Source: the human T2T-CHM13v2.0 reference genome, Homo sapiens. Taken from it: a stretch of DNA of 64,000 bases. Positions 50,755-63,680 of the stretch are shown piece by piece; position 1 is the first letter of the stretch, and each line of letters begins with the position of its first letter. The notes under the pieces were generated by a model that searched no databases, had not been told where the DNA came from, and was given only the letters and a program-made list of their open reading frames with translations. The DNA lies in the NCBI RefSeq assembly GCF_009914755.1, contig NC_060929.1. One strand, 5' to 3'. A program made the position numbers and the translations under genes.

Positions 50755-52040
50755 CTTTTAAAATCAGCTTTATTGAGGTATACTTTACATACAATAAAGT
50801 TCACCAATTTTAAGTAGGCAATTCAATGAGATTTGACAAAAGTGTACAGTTATATAACCACCAGCACAATCAGGACATAGGACATTTCTATTGTCCCTCA
50901 AAAGTTCCCATAAATCCCTTTGCAGTTAATCCCCTCTAGTCATAGACCCAGCCCTGGCAACCATTAATCTGCTTTCTCACACTATAGTTTTCCTATTTTC
51001 AGAATTTCATGTGAATGGTGTCATACAATGTGTGTCTGGCTTCTTTTACTTAGCATAATGCTCTTGAAATTCATCTATTGTATCAGGTTTTTTTCCTTAT
51101 TTGTTGATGAGTTGTATTCCACTGTATGTGTATACCATAATATGTTTATCCATCCATCAGTTGATGAATACTTATGTTACTTTTGTTTTTTTAAGTATTA
51201 TGAATAAAGCTGTTATAGCACTAATTTATTTTGGATAAATACCTAACAGTGTGATTTCTGGGTCATATGGTAGTTCATAAGAAACTGCCAACCTGTCTTC
51301 CAAAGTGGCTATATCACTTTGCACTCCCTCTGGCAATGTAGAAGAGTTCTAGTTGCATCAAATCCTTGTCAATTAATGGTATTATCGGTGTTTAATTTCA
51401 GCCATTCTAAGGAATGTATAATGGTATTTCAATGTGGTTTTAATATGCATTTCCCTAATGATCAATGATGTTGAACATCTTTTCATGTGCTTAAATCAGG
51501 TTGTCTTTTGTTATTTTAATCATATTATTTTAATTGGATTGTTTGTTGTCTTATTTCCTTGAAAGAGGAATATATTCTAGATTATATATTCTAGCTACAA
51601 GTCCTTTATCAGATAAATGTTTTGAAAACAGTTTTCAAAGTTCATGTGCCATTCATGTGCCTATTGAAAGTATACAGTTCAATGGTTTTTAGTTTATTCA
51701 TAGATATCTGCACAGTCTGTTTTATTGGAGAACATTTTCATGATCTCAAAAAGAAACCCTTACCCTTTAGCTATCACCTGTTACAGCCTCAGCCCCCACT
51801 TCCCCTGTGCAACCACTAATCTACTTTCTTCATATATAGATTTCTCTGTTCTGGACATTGCATATAAATGGATCATATAATATGTAATCTTTTGCAACTG
51901 ACATCTTTTCACTTAGCACAATGTTTCCAAGGTCCATCCATGTTGTAGAATGTATCAAATACTTTGTTCCTTTTTATGCCCAAATGACATTCCATTTTAT
52001 GTCTATATCACATCTTATTAATTTTTCAGTTGATGCACTT
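50755..52040 (-). mobile_element. Two adjacent L1MB 3' fragments
   Basis: cagctttattgaggtatactttacatacaataaa; a second 3' end begins near 51650 (aagtatacagttcaatggtttttagt). Confidence 0.8.
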
Positions 52041-52139
52041 CCAAATATGTGTTTATAAAATGTATTTATGACTCATATGTAGGTACTACTGAATGAATAT
52101 GTTGTGTACTATATATAACATATACCAAAAAAAAGAATA

Positions 52140-52473
52140 CAGTTGTCCCTCAGTATCCATGGAGGATTGGTTCCAGGACCTCCTGCAGACACAAAATCCT
52201 AAGATGCTCCAGTCCTTGATATAAAATGGCAGAGTATTTGCATATAACCCAAGTGCATCCTTCCATATACTTTAAATCAACTCTAGATTACTTTATAATA
52301 CCTAATGTAATGTAAATGATATGTAAATAGTTGTTATACTGTATTATTTAGGAAATAATGACAAGAAAAAAGTCTGCACATGTTTAATACAGAAACATTT
52401 TTTTCCAAATAATTTTGATCTACAGTTGGTTGAATCTATGGATACAGAGTCCATGGATACAGAGGGCCAACTG
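52140..52473. mobile_element. MER2 (TcMar-Tigger MITE)
   Basis: TIRs CAGTTGTCCCTCAGTATCCATGG and CCATGGATACAGAGGGCCAACTG, with TA TSDs. Confidence 0.93.
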
Positions 52474-54434
52474 TAGTTTAAAAGATACAGTAAAATATAA
52501 ATAGCATTCTGACATTTTCTTTTCACTTCTTAGTGGGCCATTTTGTGCACTAGAAACCCTTTACATATACAAATTTTTGAGGTTACTGGTTCAGACAAGT
52601 AAGTTAGGTGAATGAAGGTGTTCTAGATAGTATACAACATGAACAAAAGCACAGATTTAAGAGAAAGCATGGGGCCTTTTCTTATCTTGCAAATTGTGTG
52701 TCTAGAACCTGGAGAGGGGTATGGAATCTTTCATCCCGTCATTTTTATCCTCTCCCTCACTATAGTAATTTAAGGTTTATTGACAACATCTATATACTCT
52801 TGGAATGCCTGAGAAATAATATTAAATAAAAAATTTTTATACTATTTAAGCCTATGGTTTTGTTAATACTATTTGGCAGTGGATACTAGACACTCTATTA
52901 CTACACTTTCCCTTTAGAAGCAAGCTTACAGTTTGTGCTCCTTTCAGATAGTCTCAACCAAGAATTAGCAGTATTAATTTTATTTTTGTCCACTCTTCTA
53001 GCTTATTTCTGAACATCTTAGTTGCATTATTATTTGAGACTTCAGGAGACTGACTTTAGTCTGCTATAGAAAACAACATCAAAAATACGTTTTTTGTACT
53101 TTCCATTCTACAAAACCCATGGAGAAGTCCCTTGTACTTTATTCCATGCTTTGCCAAGTTGCCATGTGAGGCATTTATAGAAGAATAATTATGTTTATTC
53201 TCACCCATTTGGTTATGGTTGAATAGAAGAGTGTTGCAACATTTACTATATTATTGCTGAAGATTTTGCCAGTCTGTGGTATGTATCTTGTGAAAATGCT
53301 TGGCAGACTATTAAGAAAGAATCCAGTAACCTTAAGTTTCTCAGAAATATTTCTCAATGTTGGCTTGCTTGTTTTTCTCTTATTCACACTGTTATTATTC
53401 TGGCCAATTTAACAGTATATTACACTAATTCACTACATACCTTGAAGGCCATAGTAGTTAACAGTGTGTTTTCTATATCAGAAAGTAGAGACAAAGCATT
53501 TGAGACAGACTCAAACCTTCACCCGAGTGAGTGACAGAGCTTGGAATAGAATGTGAAGCTACTAACTCAGAATACTGAACCCAGTTCACTCAATATGTTG
53601 GCTTTGTTTAGTGACTAAGCCAAAGAAAAAATTTAATCAGTGAGAACGTGTCTGTAATTATGTTCTAATCCAAAATAAGAGGGTGAGAAATTTTTCACCT
53701 CACCGAGAAGAAAGTGTAAGATTGCTTTAGTGACTAATTCACTTTATGGAACTTAATCAGACAAACCCAAATAATCCTTCTACAATAAAGGATTAATTAA
53801 TGCCATTTCAAAACAAAGGCACTTTTTAAGTGTTTATTTTTTTTCTTTCCCCCAGCAAATGTGTTTTTGTAATACAGAGTTCAGGGACTTTTATTTAACA
53901 AGTTGCCTTGATGAGCATTATATTTCTGTTGTTTCTTGATCATTCCTTTGGCTTTCTAGATCTCATTAGAAATGCTCACAGACATTAAGCCTAACATGGC
54001 ACTTGATGATCACAGTTTTTCAAGGCTTGGGACAAGGAAAGCCAGTTACTCAGCCAACTCTGCTTTGTCCTTGCCATCTTCCCACTCACTCTTTCAGTTA
54101 TTTTCTCAAGGAATACATTTTCCACTAAAAAATTCCTTTCCTTTTTTTTTAAAACAAAAGTTAATCTTTCATTTAAATGATATTTATCAAATGTGAGATA
54201 GTGTAGGCACTATTCTAGGCTCTGGACATAAAATAGTAAATAAGACAGAAAAGTCTCTGCCTTCGAGGAATTCACATTCCTGTGTCTAACTTCGGTGCCC
54301 TTCTCAGTCAGAGTTCACAGACATCTAGTGATCACATCATTTTCTACAGTTTTCAGCTTTTACCAAAAGCATAGGTCTCCAAGTGTAATATCCTGGTCTT
54401 TCCAGTGACAACTACTTCCCTGATTTATTGTTCC

Positions 54435-54726
54435 TTTGTTTGTTTTTTGAGACAGGGTCTTGCTCTGTCACCCAGGCTAGAGTGCAGTAGCACAATCATG
54501 GCTCACTGCAGCCTGGTACTCCTGGGCTCAGGCGATCCTCCCGACTCATCCTCCCAAGTAGCTAGGACTACAGGTATATGCCACTATGCCAGGCTAAAAT
54601 TTTTTTAAAGACATGGGATCTCGCTATGTTGCCCAGCCTGGACTCGGAACTCCTGGGCTCAAAGGAGCCTCCCACCTTAGCCTCCCCAAATTCTGGGATT
54701 ACAGGAATGAGCCACCGTGCACAGCC
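54435..54726 (-). mobile_element. AluJ
   Basis: gagacagggtcttgctctgtcacccagg..ctcctgggctcaggcgatcctccc. Confidence 0.92.
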
Positions 54727-54780
54727 CCCTATTATATTTAAGTGAATTATTGCCTAAAGCACTTAGCAGGCTGCCTGGCA

Positions 54781-54961
54781 TATAGAAAGCACTATATATA
54801 TATATATAGTGCTTCTACCTATAACATATATATATATGCATATAGAAAGCACTAAATATATAGCCACAAGCCACAAACCACAAGCCACAAGCACTATATA
54901 TATAGTGCTTTCTATATGCATATATATATATATATGTATGTATGTTAGTTATAGGTAGAAG
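54781..54961. repeat. Complex imperfect palindrome with (TA)n tracts and a (A[G/A]CCACA)4 loop
   Basis: 54812-54825 is the reverse complement of 54948-54961. 54826-54854 is the reverse complement of 54903-54931. Confidence 0.9.
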
Positions 54962-56409
54962 ATAGGAGTAGCAAAGCATTTTCCATCATTAGGCCAACAA
55001 ATACTGTTTATTCTTTAATCAAATTCAGAATTATAGGTAAGCCCCATGATAAGCAGTGCTACATTTGAACATCCAAATTCATAGAAAATATAAACTAAGT
55101 TTTGATAATTCACAAAATAATTTTCTATGTTTCTCTCAATTATGAGTTTTATTGGTACTTTGGAAATAGGATTTAATATAGAGAAATATTTCTTATTCAA
55201 ACAATCTATGTTAATAAAATGAAAAATATGATATCTACTCCCTGCTTCTTCAAATGATACTTAATCAGCTGAAGGCAGTCATAACTATAAAGTACCTTAC
55301 AGACATAAAATATAGTGCCTTGTATTCACTGCCAAATAATAATAATACCTCATTTATATAACATCAACACTTTACAAAGTCATGTCACATGCTTCATTAC
55401 ATTTAGTTCTGTAACAGTCCTGAGAAGTAGATTAAACAAATATTATAGTTTCTACTTTGCAAATGAAGAAACCAAAGTATTAAAGATATTTAGTACTCAC
55501 CCTAACTTAAATGGTAGATTTGAGATTTTATCCAATATTTTTTCCACTGTAAAACTGCAAAGTGCTGTTTCCTCAAAAAATAAAACAAGCCACAAGCAAT
55601 ATGACCTGTTAGCTGTATGCCAGAATCAGCAGTCTGATTGCTAGCCTACAATTCACAGCATTACCACTAAAATTGAGCAGGGCGACCCCCATTCAACTCA
55701 CCATCCGACCTCAGGTTCCAGAAAGCCCATTTGGACACAAGTAGACTTCAAATGGAGCATAGTTGGATGAGCTTTTCCCCTACCTTCACTCCATCTCAAA
55801 ACTTAATTTGTCAGAGATGTCATTAATCTGACATTAATCTGGTCTGGTTGGTCTAGGCAGGTAAAAAATAAAAATGAAAAAAAAAGTCAAGAGTGAAACA
55901 CAGTCAGAAACAACTGGATATGGTGCTTTCAAATAGTTGTACATATTTTCATATTTCAATTAAAATATTCTCATAGATACAGAAAAATAATTTTACCAGG
56001 ATATTTTCCAAAGTTCCTTATTAAAATTATTAGGAAAAAAAATCCCAAGATCTTGGGGAGTCAGTCCCTCTCTCTCCCTGTCTCACCTTTGCACTTGCAG
56101 TCACTAAACTACTAAGGAATGCTTTGTTCACTGATAAGAGGTGTGTGGGCATCAGGAAACTTGAAATTTTACTGCCATTTTATCAACTAACTAAAGCTAG
56201 TACTATGATAGAAAATAACCCTTAAAAAATTCTTAGACACGAGTCCAAACAACATAACAATCTAGAATGGTTCAACACATTTAACTTTATAAAAGGCTCA
56301 CAAATAATCAATAATTAGGTATAGGAATATTAGAAATAAAAATTTTTATAAGAGGCTCACAAACACCTATGAATTATTTTTGGCAGTATAGGACCAACAA
56401 GATATAAAA

Positions 56410-57110
56410 TGTGGCTGCTCATTGCTTACCAAAATAAAGTTCAAATTTCTTTATTTGGCATTCAGAGACTTTCATGATCAGAGTTTTGTCTTATTTTCTT
56501 TATTCCCCATCTTATTTATACATTCTTCATTTTCAAAGAATAATTTTTCTCTGCCTCCTGTGCATCCTGCCCTGTATTTCCTTTGGTTGTTATGTCTTGG
56601 TTATTATTTCTCGTTTACCTGCTATTGCCAAATCTTATTTCTCCTTTAATGCCCACTTATGCTGCCACTTCCTCTACCCAGCTTTCCCTCTCCCTTCTCT
56701 GCATGAATTTCCTAAATATCAGAACCTCTCATGTTATTTGTACCACTACACAGTAATAGTGTATGTCTTACCCTTTGTCCAGTATATAAGCTCCTAACCT
56801 GGAAAACTGTCATTGGTTTCCCTCACTCCTACGCATAATAGTACCACCTACCACCATAACTGTTTGCACTAAATAGAGTAGAAAAAGGATGAGCTTTGAA
56901 GTCTGACAGCCTTGGATTCAAATCCTTGCTTCATCATTTATTAGCCATATAAACTGGGGTAAGAGATAACCTATCTAAACCTCTGTTTCCTCATGCATGA
57001 AATAGGGATAATAATACCCCTTCTGTTGTTACAGAATTAAGTAATAAAGCATGCACAGTATCTTAACATTGTGTCTTAGACATGCTAGATCCTAAAAAAA
57101 TGGTGATGGT
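56410..57110 (+). mobile_element. L2 fragment followed by MIR (~56875-57110)
   Basis: aaataaagttcaaatttctttatttggcattcagagactttcatgatc; gctttgaagtctgacagccttggattcaaatcc..cctctgtttcctcat. Confidence 0.7.
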
Positions 57111-57439
57111 GCTGGCAGAAGTGGTCATACTTATATTTTAGAAGCTACTTTATTGCTTCAGTTTCCTCAATCACATAGGAAATCTAAAGAATACTCTGCA
57201 ATACCACACATGCAAGTATTTTAAGGACTGTTTTGAACAGATTTGTAAATTCTTATAACTACTTGGAGAAAATTACCTTATGTTACAAAACAATAGAACC
57301 CTCCTTTAAGTACTGTTAGAAACACAGATATTCTGCAATGCTTAATTCGCCTTGGGCAATTTTAGGTAGTACTTCTTGAGTCTCCTTTCTCATTGGCTTC
57401 ATAAATTCTTTTTATCTTGAAGAATTTTTTTTTTCTTAC

Positions 57440-57583
57440 TGCTACAACACGGGGTACATAATTTGTAGTTTCCACATCCAGAATGGCAGGGCAACATGGA
57501 AATGTTTTCAAAATGGCCATCGAGCTACAAGAATTGCGGATCACACCATCTGCAGAAGCACAAAGTGTGCTCTCTTGAGGTAC
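57440..57583 (-). other. Candidate 144-nt phase-0 cassette exon in non-repeat sequence (unverified)
   Basis: ttgccccccag|GTA..GCA|gtaaga on the - strand, with an open frame VPQESTLCASADGVIRNSCSSMAILKTFPCCPAILDVETTNYVPRVVA. No recognised homology. Confidence 0.25.
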
Positions 57584-57883
57584 CTGGGGGGCAACATCAA
57601 TCAACCTGTGTGCTAGTCCAGAGGTTTGCGTGAGGGAGAATGAGCAAATTTAAACAGGAACAACAAACTACAGCTGATAGGTAGAAAGCTGGAGCCCCCA
57701 AAAGAAAAGCACATATGCCCCTCAACAATTCTCAATAATCATTTATATATTGCAGTTGTGTCTTGTGATCATTACTAAGAATACAGAAACATCTGTAAAA
57801 AGCTGCTTATCAAGTAGTCTATCTGACAGGCTCCCTGATAAGTTTATGTAGTAGACCCACTGTTTAATAAAAAACGTTATTAG

Positions 57884-57936
57884 GGAGACTCTGGGCACAC
57901 TGCCCATGGGTTAACCCTGCTCCTCAAGGAGCAGTA
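57884..57936 (+). mobile_element. ~53-bp ERV-LTR-like retro-insert with degenerate TSD and no poly(A)
   Basis: CTGGGCACACTGCCCATGGGTTAACCCTGCTCCTCAAGGAGCAGTA, flanked by TAAAAAACGTTATTAG and TAAGAAAAATTATTAG (13/16 identical). Confidence 0.6.
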
Positions 57937-59121
57937 TAAGAAAAATTATTAGTAAAAATAAGACAATTAAGACCAGTTTTAATGTTTTGTGTTCAGAACC
58001 TGTCTTTACTGATCTAAGTTCTCTCTATCCCTTAACATGTTAGGTAAGATTACTTAAATTTATTTGAATTGATTTTTAGTATAATACTTTGTGGTATCCT
58101 AAATTATATGCTGTCATGACTATAATTTATTACCAACATAACTGCTATTTGAATTATAAACTCAACAAAGCCCTTTACTCCTGAAAAGACAAGATAAAAT
58201 TTTGTATTTTGATAGGAGTAGGGCTTTAAAACAGGTTTTTTTTTTAATTTCCGACATCTTAAGGGAAAATAGCAAAAGTAAAAATTTTAAAAATTCCTAA
58301 TTTAGAGAGTTAAAACTATATTAAGGATACATTCCATTTTATAAATGTCACACTATGCTGTAAATGTATATAACCCCAATGTGATTACTAGTTTGTTATG
58401 AAGCATATGTGCAGTGAGAACGTGCTACAAAGAGAAAGTGTATATGGTAGTGTGTGTAGAAACGAGACACTGGCTTCTCGTAAAACCTGTTTTCTCATAC
58501 TCCCAGTTTAGCACAATCATTGAACTTCTCCAAACCTCAGTTTTTTTATCTGTAAAATGAGCAGGTTGCTGATACCTAAGAACTTCACAGTACTCAAATT
58601 TTATGTTGTGATTCTAGACATATTCCTTTTATGCAGAATTTAAAAATCAAGATTAAGCATTCAGTAGCATGTAAATATATAAAACTCCTAGATATGAACT
58701 CATATATTCACAAGCTACCCTTCTCTAATGGAAAATACAGTCGAAAATCAGTGAGTATTTTCAAGTTTATATTTTAAAACAGAATCCAATCTGAAAAACT
58801 GCATAAATTTTAACTGTATTATTTATTCCATGAGACAATTTGTAACCTGCACATTTCTCAAATTCTCTAATGGAAAAACACAGAGGAAAACGTTCTGTAT
58901 TATTTTATTTTGAGAATTATTTTAAGCCCCTCATAACATGAAGCAATGAAGCTAGGATAAACTATAGAAGAAAAAAATAACACTTCCATGTAAATTAGAC
59001 TGAATTACACATAATCAGTGTTCAGTGTTGAGGCATACTTTAATGTTCAAGTATATTTCAGATAACCCCTAAATTATTTAACCACTTTTAACTAATTTTC
59101 ATGAACCTTTAGGAGGCTTAT

Positions 59122-59140
59122 TGACCACCAGATGGAGCCA
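59122..59140 (+). promoter_or_regulatory. CTCF core motif
   Basis: TGACCACCAGATGGAGCCA closely fits the CTCF consensus CCACCAGRKGGCRC. It lies in non-repeat AT-rich DNA. Confidence 0.55.
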
Positions 59141-59939
59141 GTATTGTTCAATTTGTAGCATAAAAATATGCTGAAAATGAAAACTGGTGAAACAGAATGA
59201 ATAAATGGTAGTTTTTTTATTGTAGTCCATAGTATAGAAAAAATAAACTTTAGCATCCTTCTGTCTAGTTTCTGTAAAATACACATGTATAGAGACCCCC
59301 CCATTAAATTATTTTTTATTATGAATAGGTTTTTATTTTGGCAGCTCCATTGGACAAGTTTTCTTCTTATTCACTATTTGAATATATCACCTTAACAACT
59401 TTCAAGTATCTTTAAAACAAAGTTAGTAAGGCTTTAGTCTCTGGTCACTAAATAAATATTATGGGTTGTAATAATGAAAAAATGATAGTATAGAATATAT
59501 TGCCTATAGGCTCTCATTTTATTGTCACAGAATATTCCCATTATAATTTCCACGATGGATTTTCTTAATAAAGCAAAAGAAAAGGCATTCTGACTGGGAG
59601 AGGGAGAATATGTAGTTTATCACCAGTAGCTCCTCAGGAGAGATGGTAAAACCACAATGAATGGCTGCAACTCTTACCCAGAAAGCTTAGTGCCCAGTGG
59701 CCCTAATCAGGGGTAACTGCCTTAAAGCTGACTTCATGAACTCCTCTCACCTTTATTTAACAAGTGTCAGGAATTATCTAATCCCTTATACCTCAACTTA
59801 ATTAGGCAACCATCTATTGAAAAAGTATTTGTATGCTAAGGGCCCTAAGGCCCTACAAGTCCCTCCAGGAACTTTTCCATTCAGTAAAAGCAGTAAGGTG
59901 ACTGTAGACACTGTTGTAATTCAGGACCTAAAAATGATC

Positions 59940-60630
59940 TATCTGTTTATTTGTCCATTCAGCTACTATTTATTTAGCACATACTATATGCAAGGCATAT
60001 GCTAGGCCACAGTTCTTGCCATGTGAGTTTACAGCCTGGAGGGCAATATAAACAAAGAAGCAGTTATGATACGGTGTGCTTGGGAGCCACGAAGTGTTTT
60101 GAAGGTTCAAATGAGGGGAAAATTTGATTAATTAAGGAGAATCGAGAAAAAGCCATAAGGGATTCTTCCTAGGTAGAACTTAACTGAGTAAACCCACTGT
60201 TTGGTCTTTTTTTTCCCCTCATTATCCATTAAACCATATATTATGGTCTGGGGGAGTTTAGGGCCTTTTTTTGAAGGATTTTATTTCATCGGGATATACC
60301 CAGTTGGTTACCTGATGCATTTTTGTGTCAGATTGGAATTGTTTTCCTAGGGATTTTTTTTTTTTTCTCAAACATGAAGAAGAAACAACCAAACTGGTTA
60401 AGCGCTTGTACTTTAGAGCCAGACTACATAGGTTTATATCCCCAGGCTTATAATCCATGTGATAAATTATTTAACCTTTTCCTGCTTTCGTTTTCTCATT
60501 GGCAAAATGAAGTTCATAACATATTTTCCTGACAGAATTGTTAGTTAGAAGATTAAACAAGTAACTCAGTTACCAGTGTCTGGCATATAGTAAGTAATTG
60601 AAATGTTAAATGTTAGCCATCGTGTTAGCT
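59940..60630. mobile_element. L2 3' end (- strand, ~59940-60200) and MIR (+ strand, ~60390-60630)
   Basis: tatttatttagcacatactatatgcaaggca; ctttagagccagactacataggttt..ttttctcattggcaaaatg. Confidence 0.65.
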
Positions 60631-60927
60631 ATTTTCAAGTCTGATACTTTTCCTTGAATTAATTTAAGATCTGGTATATTAAAAAAAAATACAAATTGAC
60701 TTTGTATTTTCCAGAAAGTATGAGGTACAACTAGACATTAGTAGCATTAACATTTTTTATATCCATCAAGTCTATTTTGTTAATCAAATGATGTTTACTG
60801 TTATTACCACATCACCTTTATTTAGTTAGCAAAAATTTTCTTGAAATAGTAAATCCAGAGACATTTAAAATCATTTATAAGCAGGCTTATTAACAGTTGC
60901 TGTCACAGAATAGCCACTCAGTACACT

Positions 60928-61053
60928 TCTTTTTTTTTAAGAGATTGTCTCGCTATGTTGTTCAGGCTGGCTTTGAACTCCTAGGCCCAAGTGATCCTCC
61001 CACCTCAGCCTCCTGAGTAGCTGTGACTACACGCCTGCACCACTACACCCAGC
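60928..61053 (-). mobile_element. FLAM_A-like free Alu monomer
   Basis: ~125-bp monomer with T tract and TSD CTCA(G/A)TACACT. Confidence 0.88.
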
Positions 61054-62309
61054 TCAATACACTGTTTTTTTTTTTTAAATGAATGAATTTGCAGCTACTT
61101 AGAGCTGATAGCTCCTTGACTCTGGTCCTGAGACAACAGAGGGTATAAGTATAAGCTCTTTTAATCTATACAGTGAAAGCTGTGGATAGATAACATTGGT
61201 TCATTAGGTAGGTAGCCAATGAAGAGACTCAAGTGGATTGAAGATTAAGTTTCTGACTAGCTCCTAGGGAAAGGATAAGGGACATACTTTATAACATGCA
61301 GGAACAAATGTGCAGTACTTAACTTGCAGTCTTACAAACTAAGAGTTGGAATACAAGTTTTAGCCCAGGCTCTGCTGATAACTCACATGAGACACTAGCT
61401 AAGTAATGTCACTTACCTGGTCCTTAGTTGCTTCATCTATCAACAGGAAGTTAGATTAGAAGATCCTCAAGCTACTTCCTAGCTCTTGTGCTCTAGTAAA
61501 CTGATGGTTATAGTGATGTTGGACATTTCCTTCCCAAGCCCTTTCATATATATATATATATCTCCTATTTTTATCTCATACATAACTAATATATTTTTTT
61601 AATTTTATTTTAACGCCATAGCATAGGTAATCTTTAAGTCCCCAAGATGCTTGTATTATATCCGTGAATCCACATTTTGATACTTACATTGTAAGTGATA
61701 TTTTTCATGTATGTTAAGTTCATTTTACCCTTTAATTTCTGGAATGAAAAGCCTGTATCATATGTTTTACATTTCTTTCAAAGCATCTCTTAGCATAAGA
61801 GGCACACAGAAGACACTGTGTAATTATGAATTGAAGTTTTAATTGAAGACAGTAGGACACAGTGTGGACCTTTGTATCATACATACCTCAGCTCATATCC
61901 AAGCTTTACTATATTCTAATTTTGGTCATATCCTGTTTCCTCACTTGTAAAATAGGTTTATTGATACTTTCCTCATAGATAATCAAAACACCCTAGCATA
62001 GTGCTTGACATATAATAAGTTCTTAGTAGATATTCTTTTTTAATTCCATCCTTCATTACTATCTGTTTAGCATGTATTTCATAGAAATTTCAGGTAATGA
62101 TGAATAGTCATTATAATGCATCATTATTGTTTATGAATCATCCAGTGTACATTGAGATTTATAAGAAAAGTAAAAGTAGAGCACTCTGTATTAGAAAAAC
62201 AGAATTATTTTAAATGTCTTGTGTATTTTATTAGCCAGTTTTACTTCACTAAAATCATCTAGTCACTTATTGAATTTTTGTTTATTCAGGAGGATTCAAG
62301 CACATGAGA

Positions 62310-63680
62310 AATAGATGTGCTACTTCCTGTTCTGGCAACATGGACTGAGCTAACACAAAACTTTCTTCTCCTACAAATCTATAGAAATGCTGGATAAAAT
62401 ATGATCCAGCCCAATTTAAATACTTAGCTAGGCTTGAGGAAGAGAGAAAAGAAGGTAAGAAAGAAAGAAAAGGAAAATCATAAGTACCAGAAACAAAAGG
62501 AAGGCATAACCAGACATTGAGTAAGCCAACACTACAGTGGCCCAAGTGGATTTTGGACCCAAATGGAGGCTCTAATATCTAGAAGATAGGGTTTTAATCT
62601 CACATTTGGATGGAAGATATGGCCTTGGGTTAGAGAGGTAGGAACTAAAAATCTGTCTACCTGGTCAGGAATGCCACAAAGAAGCTTGCCATTTTTCAGA
62701 ACTCTATGTGGCAGAAAAAATGAAAGACTCTTATGAAAAAGCCAAAACTCTAAACCTCTACCAGGCATAAATATAAAGTCTGAATGTATGCTATTTATAT
62801 GGTATAGGATTCCTAAGTCAAGAAAATAATGGGAAAAAATGGCTCTGGACCAATGGAACCCCTTGATTGTCTGGTAGAAACCAATGCAAAACCTCTCTAT
62901 AGGAATACTTGAACAATCTTGGTGCCTAGGATTCCTATGGAGTGTGATGGAGATGCAGTCCTAGCTGAAAATAAACTCACAATAAAAGATTAGAAAACAC
63001 ATAAATAAATGACCACCCTAGAGAGAGGGTCAGAAGACAGAACAGAACAATCCCCAAGAACAATCTGAGTGATAGAACATAATAACTTTGTTTTAAATAA
63101 AGAGTTTCTATTTTGTGAGACAGAGTCTCTCTCTGTTGCCCAGGCTGGAGTGCAGGCACAGTCTTGGCTCACTACAGCCTCCACCTCCTGAGTTCAAGCA
63201 ATTCTCCTGCCTCAGCCTCCTGAGTAGCTGGGATTACAGGCGCCCGCCACCACCACACCCAGCTAATTTTTTTTTGTATTTTTAGTAGAGATAAGGTTTT
63301 GCCATGTTGCCCAGGCTGGTTTCAAACTCCTGAGCTCAGACAATCAGCCCGCCTCCGCCTCCCAAAGTGCTCAGATTACAGGCATGAGCCACCATGCCTG
63401 GCCAGTAAAGAGATTTTTTTAAAGAAATAAAAATCATAATAAAAAATTAAGGCAATAAAAAAGAGTAGGTGATTTGTAAAAGAGCCATATGGAATATTTA
63501 GAAATAGAAAATATAGTTATTAAATTCAATGACCCAGTTTATGGCTTAAATATTGATTAGATACAACTGAACAGAGAATTAGTGAACTGAAATACAGAGC
63601 TAAGGAAATTACTCAGAGTATGCTGATGATTAAATTATGAAACATGAACGTACTATGACCATTCATAGTTGATCATACTG
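62310..63680 (+). mobile_element. Old L1M 5'UTR/ORF1 fragment
   Basis: acttcctgttctggcaacatgg, aaatgctggataaaatat, gaacagagaattagtgaactgaaa (ORF1 coiled-coil-like). Confidence 0.65.
63110..63403 (-). mobile_element. AluS with short tail
   Basis: Full dimer, degenerate TSD A(A/G)TAAAGAG.TT. Confidence 0.92.

Noticed and set aside
57440-57475. Peptide ETTNYVPRV resembles the ET-x-x-YV motif of bacterial lytic transglycosylases
   Set aside because: It is a short motif with no other domain motifs, in a primate genomic context. Most likely chance.
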